Shown: positions 11,801 through 25,330, counted from the whole stretch's first letter. The stretch is 62,170 bases of DNA, filler included, from Choristocarpus tenellus KU-1152 (GCA_964200185.2; 11 parts of 11 records of this genome joined end to end with filler, not necessarily neighbours in it), one strand, 5' to 3'. Numbers and translations are program-made. The notes: generated by a model not told the origin, from the letters alone.

Positions 11801-13017
11801 CCCCTCTTGTTTACTTTGGATCAACTGGAGCAGCATCTGTTCCAGGAACAAGTATGATAGAATGCAACCATGGTGAGCAATACAGTGGTTGAATGAGTGA
11901 AAAGGGAGAGAAAGGTGGGTTGAGATTCAGTCACAGATTTCCCCTAAGTCATGATTAGGATATTGGATTAGGGTTTCCAAGCTCCATGCATTCTTGTATG
12001 CGTGAAAGGGGAAGGTAGTCAAGGCACCACACAAAGGCGATTCCTTCAACCCAAGGGTAGCCAAAGGTTGTAGCATTGGAGGGAGAGCAAGAATCAAGAC
12101 ACATGTGCATAAAATGGCCGAGGGATGTCACCAGGTGTGTCAATGAATACCCCGTTAAGTCACCAGGGAAGGGCACATGCTGTTGCATTGAAGCAGATAG
12201 TGACCAGGATGTCTTCTATGTCTCTTGACACATAGTCAACAACATACATTTTTCAGTTTTTTTTGTCACTGGAGGACCATAAAACTAAATTTAGACCAAA
12301 TGAAAAATCAGCAACTCCATTTGCTAGTTGGACATCACTAGAGAACCGCAACAATTATTCCGAAGAGGGCTGGAGCAATGTCAATGACCTCTGTCTCTTT
12401 GTATTCCTTGATTTTGGAAATGAACAAATGCTGCAATAGTGTAAGTGTAGATGGAGAGAAAAGGCAAAGAAACAGTGATATGGACTTATAACCTGTAAAA
12501 TTCAAGCATTAGTCCGGTGAGGTTGGCAAGGCTGAGCTCCTTCGACCCTCCTTCATCCCCCCTTGCTCGATAGGGTCAATTTCAAGTAGGAGAAAGTCAG
12601 TCCTAATGCCATTGCGAAGGTAGTGTTGAAAGGTGTGGTGAAGAAGTACTGCTACCTAACCGATGCAAAACAAGTCTACATTGCACAGAATGTTCACGCA
12701 TTGTCAACCTCAATTGTGTATGCCCTCTGAATTGAACAGCATATACTTGGGGCTCATTGATGCTGTCAAATAATATTCGTTCTTGGCAACAGTTAATGAT
12801 GGGAGGGCCGAGGATCTCTCCACCCAGTCTGGAAACGCCCGGTTATGTCTCAGTCAGAAGTATCAGACACCAGAGCTCACCAAAGGCGATTATGAGCTTT
12901 TCCACACTGGCTGACCATGACCAAGTGCTATTGACTCCTTGTTTACTTCCTCCCCTGAACTATGGCACCCTCCCCATCCCCCTAAGTCCTGCTAGCATCA
13001 GACATCAGCAGACTGAC

Positions 13018-13851
13018 CTTGCCATAGGCACCATCTGTATTCAAAGCTGTAGCTCCCTTGTCCTTCACTCTTGTGCAGGCTGCCCCACCAATACTCGCCT
13101 CCATTTTCACCCCTGGTCCTGCTTCTTCCCCCAGCCTTAGCCGTTCCCCGTACCTTTCTTCTTTCCTGTCTCTCAATACAATAATATCTTCCCCACTCTG
13201 TTCAGCTGTTAATTTTGGTTTTGTTTCTTGATGCTTTTCGTGTTGTGCCCCTATCTCCAATCGCCTCCCTGCTTCTTCCTGACTCCCTACTATGGTGTCA
13301 CTTAAACTAAAACCGGCTACATCCACGCAATCTCCATCCCCCTTCTCATCAGCCCTTCCACCGTTGCATATGAAAGCTTCATCACCATTCGCGTTCATCT
13401 CTGCTGTGGTCCACGCACCTCTCCCCTCCACTGCATGTGTTATATCTGTTATTCCAATGACCTCTTTCTTTGGTCTCCCTGACGCTTCGAAATGGTCTAA
13501 ACTTGCACCTGGTTCAAACACATTCCCCTTTGCTATTCCCCCAATTGGACTTTCCTCCCTTTCCCACACAGCCTTTTCCGTGATAGGCAAGGAGTCGTGC
13601 CCATATGTAGAAGACGACAGGAGGGATTTGGACTGAGTTGAGTCAAAGATGGCTCCGCTCTCTTCATCCTGTATTAAAAATTGGTTGAGGATGACACCAT
13701 TGCTGTCTCTTCCTCTTGCTCCCAACGGCTGAATGATCGTTTCAGGCCAAGGGTGTGAGGTAGGGTCAGGGTCACAGGATGCCTCAAGGGAATCTCTGTC
13801 CTCTAATTTTCTTGATTGCAGCTCATTTACTATCGTAAGTGATTTCGCCAC
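13018..13851 (-). CDS. Large internal exon (278 codons, phase 0/0) of an unknown host gene
   Basis: Inside ORF 12982..13851. Pyrimidine tract + CAG acceptor just above 13851; AAG|GTCAGT donor at 13017. E/G/S-rich, likely disordered. Confidence 0.6.
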
Positions 13852-14020
13852 CTGCCACGAGCATGGAGAAACATCGAAAACAGGAGGATAGAATTATTGA
13901 AACAAGAGGGAGAGTTTGGAGGATATAAGAGGGTGGAAGGTGAATAACATGAGGTTATTGAAATAGTTGCTAAGTGGGGAGAGACTGTATAATCTTTGGT
14001 ACAGGAGAAGCTGTGTATAA

Positions 14021-14265
14021 TAGCCAAAGTATCTTAGAGGGTAGAGCTGCATCCATTAGGGGGCCAAAATCCAATATTGCGATATTGATATAATTTTGGC
14101 TATTGTGTTTGTTAGGAAGTGTCAATATCCATGTTCCCGAAACACCTTTTCATAACGTAGGTAAACATTTTGGAGTAGGTAAACGCTATAAAAAAAAATC
14201 ATGGGAAGCCAAGCCCCAAATGGACAAACTGGATAAAACTCGTACCCTCTAAGATACTTTCACTC
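14021..14265 (-). mobile_element. MITE family B (TAA on both flanks)
   Basis: tagccaaagtatcttagagggtag ... gtaccctctaagatactttcactc. Confidence 0.9.
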
Positions 14266-14830
14266 TAAAAATAGCATAGAGGAGATGTCTTATGCTCAGT
14301 CAAGAAATGTGACACAATCCGTAGTATTGGAATCTCAAGTCTGATGGCAGGTGTGTCCTAGCTCGATGAGTTGAGCTGAAGGCAATGTTGTGCAGCACAT
14401 CAATTGAGAGACGCCATTTTGTCCTATGGACTAAAGTGAGCATTGTCGTTACTGGAGCAGAACTACTGCTTGAGATAAAAGAGCAGTAGCCTTTTTCACA
14501 TAGGGGCAAGGGTTCTTTCCTCTTTAGTCCCACATGAAGGCCACAGAAAAATTTCTTCTTGGGCGTCACCAAGTAAAATTGATTCTACAATACTTTTTAA
14601 AGCTTTGCTTGATGGGGTTATAATGCAATCTATGCTGTTGCTCCTTAATGCATGGGGTTGTATTGCGTAACACAATGTACCTCTTGCTCACCTCACTTTA
14701 AATAAAGACGGGATTTAGCAGTGATGTAAAAAACATCTCAAGGGACTGCAAATCCTACAGCAAATGAAGATTTTGATCCAGTACGATGCAATGGTCAGAC
14801 TGATTTTGCTGTACAAAAGGGATCCTTGAT

Positions 14831-15010
14831 GGCTCAAAGTATCTAGGGGGGGGCGGCTGCTGTCCATTCAGGGTCCATTTTTCCATGTCGCAGTTTTTGG
14901 GCGATTTGGTTGCATGTGTCGGATAGATAATGTGAGTGCACTTCTCCCAGTTAGGGTCCGAATGTACACTCTGGTGTAGACCCCCCCCCCCGCCCCCCCC
15001 CCCCCCACCC
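14831..15010 (+). mobile_element. MITE family A, right end lost in poly-C
   Basis: ggctcaaagtatctagggggggg; interior matches 4014-4199. Confidence 0.75.
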
Positions 15011-18000
15011 CCTGCCCAATACCCTATCAGGCGCTAGATGCTTTTATGNNNNNNNNNNNNNNNNNNNNNNNNNNNNNNNNNNNNNNNNNNNNTTAATTAA
15101 TTAANNNNNNNNNNNNNNNNNNNNNNNNNNNNNNNNNNNNNNNNNNNNTTCAGACCTCCTTCTTTTTTTTTTAACAAAAATGAGAAGTTTTTTTGTTTTT
15201 TGTTTAATTGTGAGGCCCCCCCCCCCCCCCCCCCGACGACAACTCACGTCCAGTGGTCATACATGATAATGTAACGTTGCAGAGCATTGCAGTACTTGGT
15301 ACATGTTTGCTGGATGTAATTGTTGCATAGAATAAAAATAAACACAAGGGGTGTGTGCATGGGGTTGAGAGGAAGATAATGAGCGATGTATATATGCTAT
15401 AAAATATTTATATAAATATATAAGAATCCGTATATTTATTAGTACTTCATACCTAGTGCATATTATTTGGCACAGAAATCATTTTTGAAAAGGTTATTTT
15501 TTTTTTTAGAACTGAAGTCAGTGAGGCAGAGTGTGTGATATTGATGCCAGAGACCCTATGAGAGCGTGAATGTATCTTTTTTGGGGGGGAGGGGGGAGTT
15601 GCCTCCCCCTAGTTCATAAGGGAAATGCATCTATAGGTAAACTCACACCAATGACTCTCTCTCTCTCTGCCCACAGAAGCGGTCGCCAGTTTCTTTTATT
15701 TAAAAAAAAAAGTGCTTTTGCTTCATGTTTTTTTTCCCAGAGTGCAATTATTTTTTTTATTAGGACTGTGCCTTATTTGTACGCATTACTCCCATCCTCG
15801 AACAGACATGAACTGTTTTTATCTATTTTTTATTTTCTATTGTTGACAATATATACATGCGGGGGACTCTTACTCTGTTCAGCATTTGGTTCGAAACTGT
15901 TTGTGGGGCAGGATACGAATGCACAGTATGCAAAATATAAAAAATGTCGTATTTTAAAAAATGATTTTGCTGGGAGTCTTGCAACTACCCACATCACTAT
16001 ATTTGACCCTAAAATTTCAGCAAAATCCAACTTGAAATTTTTATTTTATTTTATTTTATACCTCTTCTATGCTGCACGCCGCGAAAGTCACGGGGAAACG
16101 CCTTCCCAATTTTTTTTTCATTACTGTAAGCCGTTGAGGCTGATGCTCTCTGCTGAACAGAGGAACATACAAGTTTTTTACAATACGGAAAAAAAATTGA
16201 GAGTAAGAGAGGAGAGACACGCGCGACATGAGAAGAAGGATCACTTGTCATTCCTCGGGAGATGAAAGCTCTACTCTAGCATCACCCCACACCCGTCGAA
16301 CGGCTCTTCAGTTGGGGGGTACTGAACATGAAACTCTTCCGTTGGTATGACTTAACTGTGAAAGAAACCCTCGATGGTACTATGTGCTCTCAAGAACATG
16401 TACCGTCATCGTGTTTGTATTTGTGCATGTGTGTGCGTGTGTGTGTGTAAGTTGACGGTGATCCTTGTGCGACATCGTATTACCGATCATACACCACTTA
16501 TCCCCAAAATTTGGGAGCAGAAGGATCCTGCTTCGGCCTCAAAATTATTTACCCAAAGAGGGTTTTGGCTGTGTATTTGGTACCCTGCTTGCAGTAGAAC
16601 GCACCTTTGCCGAGGATAAAACGCTTTCCATTTCTCCTACAGGACCTGTTGGTAAGAATGATTCTAGAGGAGCCAGCTTGCTCTGTAATGCACGATGTCG
16701 AGGACAACGCCTCTCGATTTCTCTACAATACCTGTTGCTAAGAACTACCCCAGGAGTCCATTCCCGCCCCAGAGTGCCTTTTCCAGGTTGAACTATTTTT
16801 TAAGTCAGCATCCTCAACACAGGACATGCTGTATTGTGTCTGGGGCATGACTCGGAGTCCTGTAGCCCTAAACCTTTCCTCCGTAGCGGGTTGGGTATAG
16901 TATGGTGGTAGGGAGGTACTACTGTGTTCTCAAGACATACGATATACAGGACGAATATATCGGAAGCCCATATCATCCCATGTACTGTGGTATTTTGTTG
17001 CCAGGGATGATACTTGGGAAGCCTGTTTCCTATTTTGGAGGCGTGTTGTCTGGGACATCATTGTAGTTGCTTGTAGATGTGATGGGTTTACTTGGTTTGA
17101 GAGTTGTTTTGTTTTGTTTTGTGATGGAGGTTGCGTAGTCTACAGGGTACAACATTTACAGCAGTGGTGTGAATTTTGTGTCTGTTGCATTTTTATGCAA
17201 TTTAATGCCTTCATTTTTATTTAGCATCCTCTCTCTGTATGATATATATTATATTTTTTTCAATATTGTCCTTACTACTGTTACTGATACTTCTAGTACT
17301 GTATGACATTTTTTATTTTGTTTGTGTTAAAAAATATATAGTGTATAATCTCGGCACTCGACGACTCTTGTATCACTATTGAATACAAGTAATGTTCTCA
17401 TACTGATGTATTTTTCAAATGATTTCATATAGTGCAACAAGGATAAAATGTACCCCCCCTCCCCCCCCCCCGCACACTCCTGTGCTGCTTGTTGAAGTTT
17501 CGTGGCAGGTTTCTGAATGCTCCCTCCGTGACCCGTATGGTGATCACTGGGGTTGGTTGGTGGCTGCATCACAGCTATGGTCCAACTTTCAGAGCCCAGG
17601 TTGCGGCCAAAAAGGCTCTGGTGGTTGGGGTCAGAAGTAGTCCCTGTAAGCAGGAGGGTTTGGGAAAGTCGACAAGGAGCCAGTGCTGGCTGGAGGCATT
17701 GCTGAAGCGCAGAGTGCTGGATGATGAGTTTAAAGAGAAGGGCCTCAAGTTCATGGCGGGTGACTTTGAGGGTGGGGGGAATTTTGCCATCCTGCCTTCT
17801 CAGGGAAAGGCCTGTATGGAGGTAGGTGAAGTGGTGATTGGAGAGGTCTGGGAAGGTACTGTTGTGGTTACGATGTGACACGTCCGTGACTGGGTACCTT
17901 GAGTACCCTGTGAGAGACCAAGGTTGCGGTCAAACTCACTGCTTTGAGAGTTGATCGCACTGCTGGCGTGCTAAATGGGAGCAGTTGTAGTTGTCAGTTG

Positions 18001-19948
18001 TAGAGCTCTGTGGTATGCATATGTGTATATTGTATATTGTAGGTTAGTTGACTCGATGAGTTGTCATACAAAGAAGTTGGAGGGGCTCGATGGGGAGGGG
18101 ACGGGGAGTTTATATACTGTGTGGAGGGATGGTTGACTCATGACTGTGAGGAATGGTGACGCTCTGGGCCTGATCCACACCATGAGAGTGGATTTGTTGT
18201 GCTTTTAGATCGGTGAATCAGATTTCTTATGGTACTGTGTGGGCATTGCGTCTGTCTCCTCCCATAGAACCACTGTAGGTTGAAGCTGGAGACAACTGCC
18301 ATGGTGGGAATGGTGTTGTGAAAACTGTGCATACTCCATGCAGTGGATCTTGAGATAGTGCGTGCCAATTTTTCGATTGATGCCATCAATCATCACCTAT
18401 TGGCAACCCTCTCCCCTTCTCTTCCTCTTTCGTGCTTTTAACCTGTCCAGATATTGAATGCTACGGGAAATGCCTCTTCTGCAAAACCTGCAACTCCTAG
18501 ATGTCCTCCTGTCAATCCAGTCCTAATGACGGCTGTTGACCCTTCCTTGTTCTCAGCCATTCTCATTGTGCCTCTTGAGAACTAATAGAGCCCCTCTGGC
18601 GATTGGTTCTTCCTTTGTTGGTGTTGGGAGAGGAGAAGAAGTAAGATTGTTAGAGTAGATGTTATGTTGTGGCGTTTTGCAGTGCAGCAATATTTGATAG
18701 AGATGTGGTGCTGCTGGACCATGTGCTTCAAGAACTGACTGGTGAGTTCATTGCAGGGGACTACAGAGAAGCAGTAACTGCTTGTTTCCCCTCCTTGAGA
18801 CTCAACCTTACCAGTCTTGTTTGTTGTGTACTTAGCAGCTAGCTGGGCAGGGGGGACCGCCTCTGTAGTGGCAGTTGACCAATAGGAAATGTGTGGATTC
18901 TACCTTGTGGTGGGGATTTTTGTGTGTGTTGATGGATCTGTCCATCGATTTAGCCCCTGGTGCTATGAGCCATGCTGTATCCGATGACAATCCAATCTGA
19001 ATGGGGAGTACCTGGGCTTTGTATGAGATGATTATGCTCGTCTACAATCGACTGGAGCTGCCCTTTCTTGATGTGTACTCTCTTGATTACTAATCGGTGT
19101 GTACCAGTTTTATTATTTATCACTTTAGCGTAGGATTTGCCTAACAAGTGTTCAGCAGAAGCACTACAACTGCAATTACGGCACACCTGCCTGCACCTCC
19201 TCCATGAAAGTCCCTTGATTCTTGCGCTTTGGTTTCAGTCATCCCACCGCCCATTGATTACCCTCTTCTCTGTCAGAGTGTGTGGTTACTGGTTACTGGT
19301 TATGGAACACCTTCCATGCTTTCTGCACCCTGTGGGTGGGGGGTACTTGGTGTGAGGTTCTGTACGGGCGTATGTACAGTCTGTAGTACTTGCCAAGTTT
19401 ACTGCTGAAAGTAAAGTGCACTGAATAATTGAAAGTGCTGTCTCAGTGGAGAATCAATCGAACTCCGGCACATTTTCAAAGAAGTGGTGGCTTTTAGCCG
19501 ATGCTACGAAGTTGTCACTGCTGGAAGACCTTCCTCTTACGTGTATTTGAGTTTTGTTCACTACCATGTATGTGAGACAGATGTGATTTTCTGATATGTT
19601 GCTGTGTTGCTGTACTACAGACTTTTGTGAGATTGTGACTATGAAAGAAAGTTGCTTTGCCTTGTTGCTTCCATGATGTGTTGGAGCGTGTTTCATGGTT
19701 GAAGGGGTTGGGGGAGAAGACAAAGTGTATAGGGTTTGCGCTTACCTAGGGGTTCTGTTCCCCTCACCCAATCTACTTTGGAATGACTGTGGCATTGATT
19801 AGCACACCTAATATCAATACTGACACTTTGTAGACTTGAGTAACTTTGGTGCAGGTCATGTTGAAAATAATTTCTTCTTATTTCCTTCCTTCCGATTTGT
19901 TAATAAAAAATCATGTACGTACCTAGATATGTTTTATATATGTATATA

Positions 19949-20769
19949 CTACCTCTGTGCCAAAAGTTTGTGCCGCGAAACATCTGGCCTCACCGAGCAA
20001 GAACGGCGCAGAATCCGACGATAACCCCACGGAATGAAATCGGGTTGACAATCTCACCTTATAGAAAAGGTGGGGGATTATCAGGTACAAACTCGAGGTG
20101 CTTCAAGCCATCAAAGTAGGGGCCTTTTGGGGTGATTTTGAGACCAGAACTGGGCACGTCGAGGGTCAGAATGTCAGCATAGCAACCCCCCTGTTGACCC
20201 CCCAGCGTAGGAAGGATGCCCAAGTGTCCCTGGATATCAGGTTTGAAGCTGTAGTGCAGCACGCCCTTGCGATGGTCCCTGGTGAGCATAAACTGCTGCG
20301 ACACAATTGGGCTGGCCCTTGGAGCGGAGTTTGGAGTGTCTGAGCGTTGCATGTGAGGGCTCTGGGAGGACGTTGCCGATTAGCTTGCCTGTGGCCACAC
20401 GCTTGACTTAGGGGTGGTGGCACGTAGTGGAAGGCCTTCAGAGCTCACACCGACCAAGATAGCTGTAATACATAGTATCAACTCCGATCATCGGTCATCC
20501 ACAGTGCATCAGATGACAATGAAAATGGCTGCCAGGGGCTGGATTATAGCGCAAGCAACATAAACAGCTGGTTGGATGATATGGGGGCCACGCTGAATCG
20601 CCGCTGGATCAAAACCAAGCTTAAATTATGGCAAAAGGTGCAGAGAATGGACTTTGTTTGCGGTCAAGTGGACCGGAAACGTGGTGTGTACAACCTCCAT
20701 GGTGAACACAATCCATGTGGATGAAGCGTGGTTTTATGTGATGGCTGATGGGGAAAAGGTTAGGGTATT
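19949..20769 (+). mobile_element. DD39D-type mariner, 5' half
   Basis: TA|CTACCTCTGTGCCAAAAGTTTGTGC left TIR; IHVDEAWFYV motif; homologous to 29987-31720. Confidence 0.8.
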
Positions 20770-20839
20770 GGGTCAAAGTATCTGGGGGGGGGGTGCCGGC
20801 GTCCCTTTTTCACCCTTTTTTCGATTTTCACTTTTTTGG
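20770..20839 (+). mobile_element. MITE family A2 inserted in the mariner ORF, truncated by contig end
   Basis: tagggtatt|gggtcaaagtatctggggg; the paralogue near 30805 continues tagggtatttccg. Confidence 0.78.
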
Positions 20840-20939
20840 NNNNNNNNNNNNNNNNNNNNNNNNNNNNNNNNNNNNNNNNNNNNTTAATTAATTAANNNNN
20901 NNNNNNNNNNNNNNNNNNNNNNNNNNNNNNNNNNNNNNN

Positions 20940-22400
20940 GTGAGCATTGAGGGGCGCCTGTAACACATCACTTTTCCACCGCCCTGCCATTTGAAAGCTA
21001 AGTCTTGTGAAACTGTAGTTGCCTTCTTCGTCATCACCCAAATTCTGACCAAGTGCACGTAATCTCAACCACTCTCTGCAATCATGGTCCAGATGGCGAT
21101 TTTGCTCTGACTCCAGATCAAGACGGTATTAGCCAAATCACACAAACGATTTTGGTCCTTCTCAATCTTCAGTCTCTCTTGTGTATAGTACCAATACTGA
21201 GGAGAGACTTCGCCTACCTTTCTTCAGCGAAAAGGGGGGGTGAAGTGACCAAGCATGTCTAAGTTAACGAATTTCATGTTATGAATGGGACTTAGTTGAT
21301 CTGTGTAATCGAATTTTTATCTTGGAATGGGTTGGGTTCATTACATTAGTTCGAATCATCCCAAACCATCATACTATCAATTTAGGCACATTTAGGTGTT
21401 TCATTCATTTATACTTTCTGAAATGGGTTACGTGATGCAGAGAAATCACATTACTCCATGTTCAATTTCGACACAATATGCTCATTGGTGATCCAGTCAT
21501 ATTGAACTACTGAAACGGGTTGAATTGATTATGCGTGCTCAAGTCATTCCAGACCATGACATTACTGTGTCCTGCACAGTTAGGTGAATCATTCATTTCT
21601 ACTTCTGAAATCGTTTGAGGTGATTCAGTGAGGTCACATCAGTCCATTATATTATTTCTTTGTCGTGTGCTCCTAGATAAGCCATTTATCTCGGTTCATG
21701 GAATGGGTAGAGGAGATTTTGTGAGTTCAAGTAATTCCATTCTATTTTATTAGTGTGGTAAGTATTTTGAGAAGAATTGTACCTCTACGGGATCTCGTCA
21801 ACGCAAGAATTACATTAAAATATTCATCTGACCCGCCTTCCACCTTTCTCGATTGTCATGGAACCGCTAGGAAATGACTTCACCTGGCCGTATTCTTCTG
21901 CCTCTTGTGACACTCACACATGAGAGCACAGCTTCTTGGCTTGTTATAGTGGTTCAGAGGTAGTGAATGTTGTACTGTAGTGAGGATGTTCTATCACGTC
22001 TGCTAATCGGTCCACCACCCCACCAAACATGAGCCGAAAGTCAATCGCCACAAACTAATCAAATGTATACCAAAAGGCTTCTGCCCCACTCGGGTCAACA
22101 ACTACTTTTCGTAAGGCATCCTTCACATCACCTTTCGATATCATGATCCGAGATCACTGTAATTTTCTTTTTGAAGGATGCAATTCAGTGCTATCCATCT
22201 TCCTACAACTGGTCGCACAGATCCTGTAGGGCACTCTTAAAATCAGTGTCAGCATTCGCACTTTGGTTAGTCCCCGAATCACCACCACCGACTCCCTGGA
22301 GCCCCACATCATGAGATACTCTTATATTTGTACGTTCTTCCACGCTTGATAAGAGAGGAATGCGGATGCCCCCAATTTTCAGGGCATCCTCTCTCATAAC
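20940..22400 (-). pseudogene. DIRS/Ngaro-like reverse transcriptase remnant
   Basis: In order: IRVSHD, ANADTDFKSA, IMISKGDVKDALRKVVVDPSGAEAF, AIDFRLMFG, CVDEI/VEVQ (YVDD equivalent). After the array insertion: PPF..KV and LQAPL. Confidence 0.7.
21270..21755. repeat. Array of five ~43-bp imperfect palindromes at ~94-bp pitch (~188-bp higher-order unit)
   Basis: tgRaatggg...cattcca units at about 21322, 21419, 21510, 21606 and 21698. Units 1/3 and 2/4 are more alike. Confidence 0.75.
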
Positions 22401-22406
22401 AATGAT

Positions 22407-22675
22407 TAGCAAAAGCATTCAAAAGGGTAGGGCCGCGTCCGTTCGGAGTCATAGATTCAATGTTGCGATTTTGATTAATTTTGGCTATCGTGTTGTTAGC
22501 AAGTGTCCCTATCCTTGCTCCAGACACACCTTTCATGGTCCTACATACATTTTACCTACTCCAAAATCCGAGACGTCTACACAGAAACCGAAAAAGGGCA
22601 TAAAAAAAACGTGGGAAGCCAAGCCCTCAACGGACAAACAGGAAAAACCTCCTACCCTCTTGAATGCATTGGGTC
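22407..22675 (-). mobile_element. MITE family B2
   Basis: tagcaaaagcattcaaaagggtag ... ctaccctcttgaatgcattgggtc. AATGA near both flanks. Similar to 41993-42248. Confidence 0.82.
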
Positions 22676-23119
22676 AATGACTCACACAAAAATCTTATAT
22701 GAGGCAATTTTCTCACACAGTGCTGTCTCCTGTTATTGTGCACTCCGATGATTACCATTAGCAATGTCCTCTCTGATGTCAATATCGGGGTCAGTAACAC
22801 TTACTGGTACCTCAGTACTCAGTACTCATAATAGTGGCAAAATTTGGGAAGAGCCTTCTTTGGACCGAACTGCAAAAGTATTCTCTATGGTACCATTCTT
22901 AGATTGCACAGCTCCCCACCCAATACCCACCAACACTTCAAAAAAATCTAATCACATTCAGAAGCAACATTAACCAGACCACACAACCAATTTATGTGCA
23001 ACATAATCTTTAGTCTCTCTTGTGCATACCACCAACGCTCATGGAGAGACTCTCCCGACCTTCCTACTCTGGAAAGAGGGGTGATTTGTCCAAGCACACC
23101 TGTGTTAGTTATTTTATAC

Positions 23120-23613
23120 CATACAGCGCACTGCTGTTTTCTCTGCACCAGATACATTTTCTGCAAATAATGAAATGGGTTGGACTAATCAGGCTTTTTA
23201 AAGTAATTTCTCGCCATTTTTTTTAATGTACGCAATACACAGTTTTGTTTATATCGTTCATTACTACTACCTTCTGAAATGGGCTGAGGTAATTTAGTGA
23301 CTTTACATCATTCCATGAAAATGTAATTTTACTCCATGTACCATTCATCTTGGCTTTGTGAAAAAATGGGTCAAGGTGAATTGGTGTGTTCAAGGCACGA
23401 TATTTCAATTTGTTTTTATACCATGCATATTCATCATGCCTTGAAGAGCTTGAAAAAGGATCGTGCTTAACATAGTTCGGTGAAATTACATCATTTCACG
23501 TCTGGTAAATTTATGCCCTGAGCTCGTACGTGTGTCGTTCATATTGACATCATGAAATGAGTAGAGGTGATTGAGTGTGCTAAATTCATTCCATTTCATT
23601 TTATTTTTATAGA
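23120..23613. repeat. Second copy of the palindrome array
   Basis: Units at about 23171, 23275, 23362, 23451 and 23552. Same right end as the first array (ttccattYYattttatt). Confidence 0.7.
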
Positions 23614-23844
23614 GGGGGGTCAGGCTTTGATGTGCCACACACAGTCATCACCATGTGCAATGCACATTCAACATGACCATACCCTGTTGAACTCCTGTAG
23701 TGACCAGAGAGAGGATTGAACTTTTTATCGCCTTCCCCATTTGGCATATGTACTCGCCCTGGACATGCCCAGGCCCGACTGGGTCGCCCAGATGAGATCT
23801 CAGAGTGCCATGCCCAAGGACTTTTTATTTGTTAATTTGTTTAT

Positions 23845-24005
23845 ATATATATATATATTGCAATTCACACAAATGTGAGTTGAAGTCTCTAACATTTTAT
23901 ATTTCATATCATGAAACGTATATATTGTACCTTGCGAGGTCGAACTCACGATAGCCAATCCAATCGCCGTCTGTCATCAAATTATTCACCAATAGGTTAC
24001 ATTCA
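23845..24005 (-). mobile_element. Possible tRNA-derived SINE
   Basis: Minus strand has an A-box-like TAACCTATTGG, a B-box/T-arm-like GTGAGTTCGACCTCGC, then a (TA)n tail. Confidence 0.3.
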
Positions 24006-24706
24006 TGAGCGGAAAAGGGGGGTTCGTGAGCAATACCTGAAACAGATCCCGGCAATGGGCAGTTTGGATCACATAAAGCGCGCACACAATGTAACCATTT
24101 TTAGGTAGCTTGCAGATGACCCTTGGCACCCCTGACTCCTCATTCCCAACCATACGCCTCATCACAGAGCGAAGCTTGTCTTGTCAGGGTACCTGTTGGA
24201 CCACCCCCCGCCACCTTCCCCTCCCCTCCCTTCCCAGCTCCTTGGCCACATCTGGCACTGGCCCACAGTATCCTAGAGGGGGGGTGTTGAGCTCAGGTCG
24301 TCCATTCAAGGCTTGATGGGATGTTACAAAAATAACAGTTTGATGATGCCCGTTTTGGGGAAGATTTTTTCGTTCAGATTTGATACAACTGTTACAGGCG
24401 AATAAAGCGAGCATTTCTTCTCGTGTTCTAGAAAGCGCGAGCAGTACGAGATTAGTAAGCATATAAGTAGCCTTACAGAATAAATGCTGATTTCTTAGAA
24501 AATGCAAAGTAAGATTCGTAATCCGTATATGTAACCTTACAGAAGAAACGTCAAAATTTATAGAAGTTGCAGACTAAGGGTTTATGATTGAGGTATGTGT
24601 ACAGCAGATTGCATATGTCTTTTAGTTCATAGTCTACATAAATCGTTTGGATGGTAAAATAATAAAAAGGTTTTTGGACACACCATCCATTACCCCTCGT
24701 TCAGTT

Positions 24707-24751
24707 GGGTCAAAGTATCTGGGGAACAGGGGGGGGGAAAGTCAAGTTCGG
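24707..24751 (+). mobile_element. GRG-group MITE end at contig edge
   Basis: gggtcaaagtatctgggg. Confidence 0.7.
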
Positions 24752-25330
24752 NNNNNNNNNNNNNNNNNNNNNNNNNNNNNNNNNNNNNNNNNNNNTTAAT
24801 TAATTAANNNNNNNNNNNNNNNNNNNNNNNNNNNNNNNNNNNNNNNNNNNNTCCCCCGCGCCCCCACCCCCCCCCCCCTCTCCCCCCCCCCCCCCCCCCC
24901 CCACCCCCCCCCCTTCAAACAGTTTTTACCCCCCCCCCCCCCCCCCCCCCACCCCCCAACTGCACATAAATAAAAACCGCAAACAAAACAGCCCTGACCC
25001 TGCACAAAGACAACCTACAAACGCCTCTATATCTCCATTCACAATACGGTAAAGAAATACTTCCACCCTAACATTAACCCTAACCCTGATCTTTTTTTTT
25101 TCCTTTCAATTTTTTAAATGCCACATAATCGTTTTTTAACCCTTGTAATTAAACTATAAACAAAGCAGCAAGTAATTATACAATTCTATTCCCAACTAAG
25201 AAAAAACTCGACTTAGTTATTAAACAACCCCCCCTCCCCCCCAACCTTCAAAACAGAAAAAACAAAAAAAAGTTTGAAAAAATCGATAACTTCCAAGATA
25301 CCCCCTCGTAACCTCATGAACCAAACCCAC

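Noticed and set aside
15570-16265. 231-aa hydrophobic ORF
   Set aside because: T-rich low-complexity sequence with homopolymer runs and no motif. A possible first exon at 16228-16344 could not be joined convincingly to a next exon.
17480-19800. Strand-biased region with short ORFs, possibly a decayed LINE on the minus strand
   Set aside because: Only a faint IKKGQLQ-like hint; not enough ordered motifs to call. The same applies to 40900-41990 and 47560-48300.
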